DNA of 50,058 nucleotides, the filler included, from Jimgerdemannia flammicorona (taxonomy: Eukaryota): assembly GCA_003990765.1 (NCBI GenBank). It is 2 parts of 2 records of this genome, joined end to end, with 100 filler letters (N's around TTAATTAATTAA, not from the genome) between each part and the next. Parts side by side here need not be neighbours in the genome. Positions count along the whole stretch, not along the records: positions 25,085 to 50,058 come from RBNJ01000897.1; 1 more part is not named here. The stretch is one strand, 5' to 3'. Each line of letters begins with the position of its first letter. Positions within the stretch are counted from its first letter, which is position 1. The notes below the pieces were generated by a model, which worked only from the letters and a program-made list of their open reading frames with translations, was not told the DNA's origin and ran no database searches. The position numbers and the translations under genes were made by a program. This document shows positions 47,622 through 50,058 of this stretch, in pieces.

Positions 47622-48862
47622 TGATATGATGAGCAATAGAATTGTACCACTGAATTTATAAATTAGCCACATACCATATCTAGTACACTAAGTAACCAAG
47701 ACTGCTTTACTATATCAACTTGTATAATTAGCTAGAGATATCAGAAACAGTATATTTACCTGTACCAAGTAGATACAGTATACCAAGTGAGTACATGGTA
47801 CCCAGTAGATACACTGTACCATCTAGGAACACTTGCTATAGATAGCAATCTATAGTTAGCAATATAGTAATCAGTAGTAACTACAACTATATAAAATACC
47901 CCAGAGATAAGAGTGAATAAACCTCAGTCTGAATTGAAGTGCAAACTAAAGAAGCCTCTAAAGATTGGTCTTCTTTTTCCACTCCAGTCCACTTTCTGAT
48001 ATAAAGCTTTGGTTTGCTTACCAGATAAGCCTGAAGATTTGCCACTAAGTTCAAAAAAAAACTTCACTGTTATTTGAGTAATCCACTGCTTAAGAAATAA
48101 GCTGCCATTTTCAAGAACTCACATTCTCAAAGAGCTCTATAGGAAACTTGCCACAAGTCAGTCTTCTGATACAACTTTGCAATAAAGTCAGTCTATGATA
48201 TAATCCTAAGCAAATGAAGCCAGTCTTGATGTAACTTACCAAGAATCTGTATCTGAGTTATCTATATCACCCAAGTTATTTCCCAGAACCCTACTGATTC
48301 AGGAAGAATCTGTAACATCTGAGTTATCTGAGTTATCTATATTATCTATACTATCTGAGTTATTCATCCATTCCCAGTAAGCCCAATTCAGGAAGAATCC
48401 ATGCCATCCTCTATTCCTAGTAAATCTGCACTCAAATCGAGTTATCTACCAAATTGCCAAATTGCTCTACATAAGAAACCCATTATGTTATACAAGAGAT
48501 CATTATATAAAATCATATAAGAAAATTACTAAAATTGCCAGACCATTATATATAAGGAAACTACTATACTATACAAGATCATCATATAGAAATTATATAC
48601 TTTTGGAGATTGTCACACTATATAAAGAGATCATTATATAGAAATTATATAAGGAGAACTGCTAAATTATCAGTCCACCATATATATAATTACTGCTATA
48701 CTAAAGAACCCATCTTAATAAGGAAAATCACTTGCTGATATCTAGCTTTGACTATTATACTACTAAATATCAAGAATATTTTATTACTTTTAACAAAGTA
48801 ACTGTGAGCTTAAGCCAAACTATAACCTTGTAATTTGCCTCTATTGAGTCAAGCATATTATA
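47622..48862 (+). repeat. 3' LTR of gypsy copy B (~1240 bp)
   Basis: Starts TG after the PPT; TATATAAA and GAGTGAATAAACCTCAGTC at 47911-47929; end GAGTCAAGCATATTATA aligns with GAGCCAGGCACATTACA of LTR A. Confidence 0.82.
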
Positions 48863-49334
48863 TTAGAAATATATATCACTTAGTATTTTCTTTCTTTATA
48901 TAGACTAGTAAGTCTTCTTTCTCTACTTTTATGCTATTCTCACTATCTACCTTGCAATTTATCTCATCTGGCTTCTTCTAATGGATATTTAACATTTTGC
49001 TATCAAGTCTTTCAGGATAGCAATCTATGTTTTTTACCATAGACATTCTATCAAATATAGCCAGTTATTGACTATACTTATCTAAAATAAAGATATCCAA
49101 ATTTTTGCAGTTGTCTTATTTCTCAGTATTAATAATAAAGCAAGTATTATAGGTTGCTGACATAGCTAATTTCTGATGATTTTTGGTAGTCTTAATAATC
49201 TTTCTCTTTTTTTTTATCTTTTGTCCTTTCTTAATATACTTGTTGATAACAGAAATAATTCTTCTGATATTGTTATTATACTTCTACTTTCTTATTAGAA
49301 TGGGAATATCAGAATATATTATTTAGCAATATAG

Positions 49335-50058
49335 TGTGACGTATGGTATGAAATAGAAACAGGAAATAGACATTTGATCATAGTACCTGAATTCAATTTC
49401 CGATTTAGTATAGTCTTTTACTGCGGACACTGCATCTAAAACATTATCAGTGAAACTCTTGTTACTTTCACGAATTTCAGATAGGATTTCACATGAGATT
49501 CTACCTGAGAATTTCACATGAAAAGACTTAATACTTAGCCACATATTTAGTAGCAGAATTAGCGCACAAATCTGTATAAATAACTCAGTATTTAGAGTGA
49601 ATAAACCTCAGTCAGAATGAGTCAGAACGAGTCAGAATGAGTCAGATCAAACCAGTCCAATTCCAAAATCCATCCAACTTACTAAATTCCGCGTCCACTA
49701 CCTTACAACTTGGTGCCCATTGGCTGGTGATTCAAGATGAATCCTCACTTTTAAGCTGAAAAACGAACAACCGCCAGACCGCCAGACTGCCAGACCGCCA
49801 GACCGCCAGACCGCCAGACTGCCAGACCGCCAGACCGCCATACAGACCATCATGTTGCACATGGTGTTTGTCTGCGCCATCTGCTGTTAATTACTTGTTC
49901 TGGTTGTCAGCCTCGTTTCTGTGAACTGTCATCGGTATTGAACAATAGACGCTCTGCAAAGGACCGCATCGTTGAGTTAATAGCCGGGTCGCTCCTTAGT
50001 TCGAGGGACAACATTACAAGAATTAATCGCCGAAAAACGCCGAACAAACCGCCATGCC
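49335..50058 (+). repeat. Probable young LTR of a related family; runs off the window
   Basis: Begins TGTGAC where CpGs reappear; TATAAA, then the exact GAGTGAATAAACCTCAGTC motif at 49595-49613, at a similar offset to the other LTRs. Confidence 0.6.
49771..49840 (+). repeat. 8-bp tandem repeat (CCGCCAGA), about 8-9 copies
   Basis: Directly visible; two units read CTGCCAGA. Confidence 0.95.

Larger units (their letters stand above)
36068..48862 (+). mobile_element. Ty3/gypsy copy B (same dUTPase family as copy A), 5'-truncated in gag, with nested LINE 2 and 3' LTR
   Basis: Colinear with the reverse complement of ~11580 down to ~380; more stops than copy A; PPT-like AGTGGGGG at 47613-47620. 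Confidence 0.93.

Noticed and set aside
291..48862. Opposed gypsy copies as a giant inverted-repeat composite element carrying the NLR-like gene
   Set aside because: They are independent LTR retrotransposon insertions with different decay and 3' modules, and an assembly gap lies between them.

Overview
Fungal (Zn2Cys6 gene, short spliceosomal introns), transposon-dense, heterochromatin-like region with one intact host gene. That gene (22465 to the gap at 24985, three exons inferred) joins a Zn2Cys6 binuclear-cluster DNA-binding domain to an NB-ARC/STAND NTPase, SEL1-like repeats and ankyrin repeats. This makes it an NLR-like receptor whose N-terminal effector is a transcription-factor domain, and it is the most interesting object here. 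It lies in a CpG-rich island among nested, C>T-eroded elements: two opposed copies of a dUTPase-encoding Ty3/gypsy family (tRNA-Pro PBS, extra Cys/His module, extra 3' ORF); two full-length L1/Tx1-like LINEs with readable target-site duplications plus two LINE fragments; three poly(A)-tailed non-autonomous retroposons (one mostly a 9-bp satellite); an endonuclease-less Penelope-like element with 200-bp direct repeats and a structured 3' region; a hAT-like terminus; and decayed Ty1/copia and chromovirus remnants. An artificial N-gap (24985-25084) truncates the gene and makes adjacency across it uncertain. All calls come from reading motifs by eye; no searches were run, and boundaries of decayed elements are approximate.
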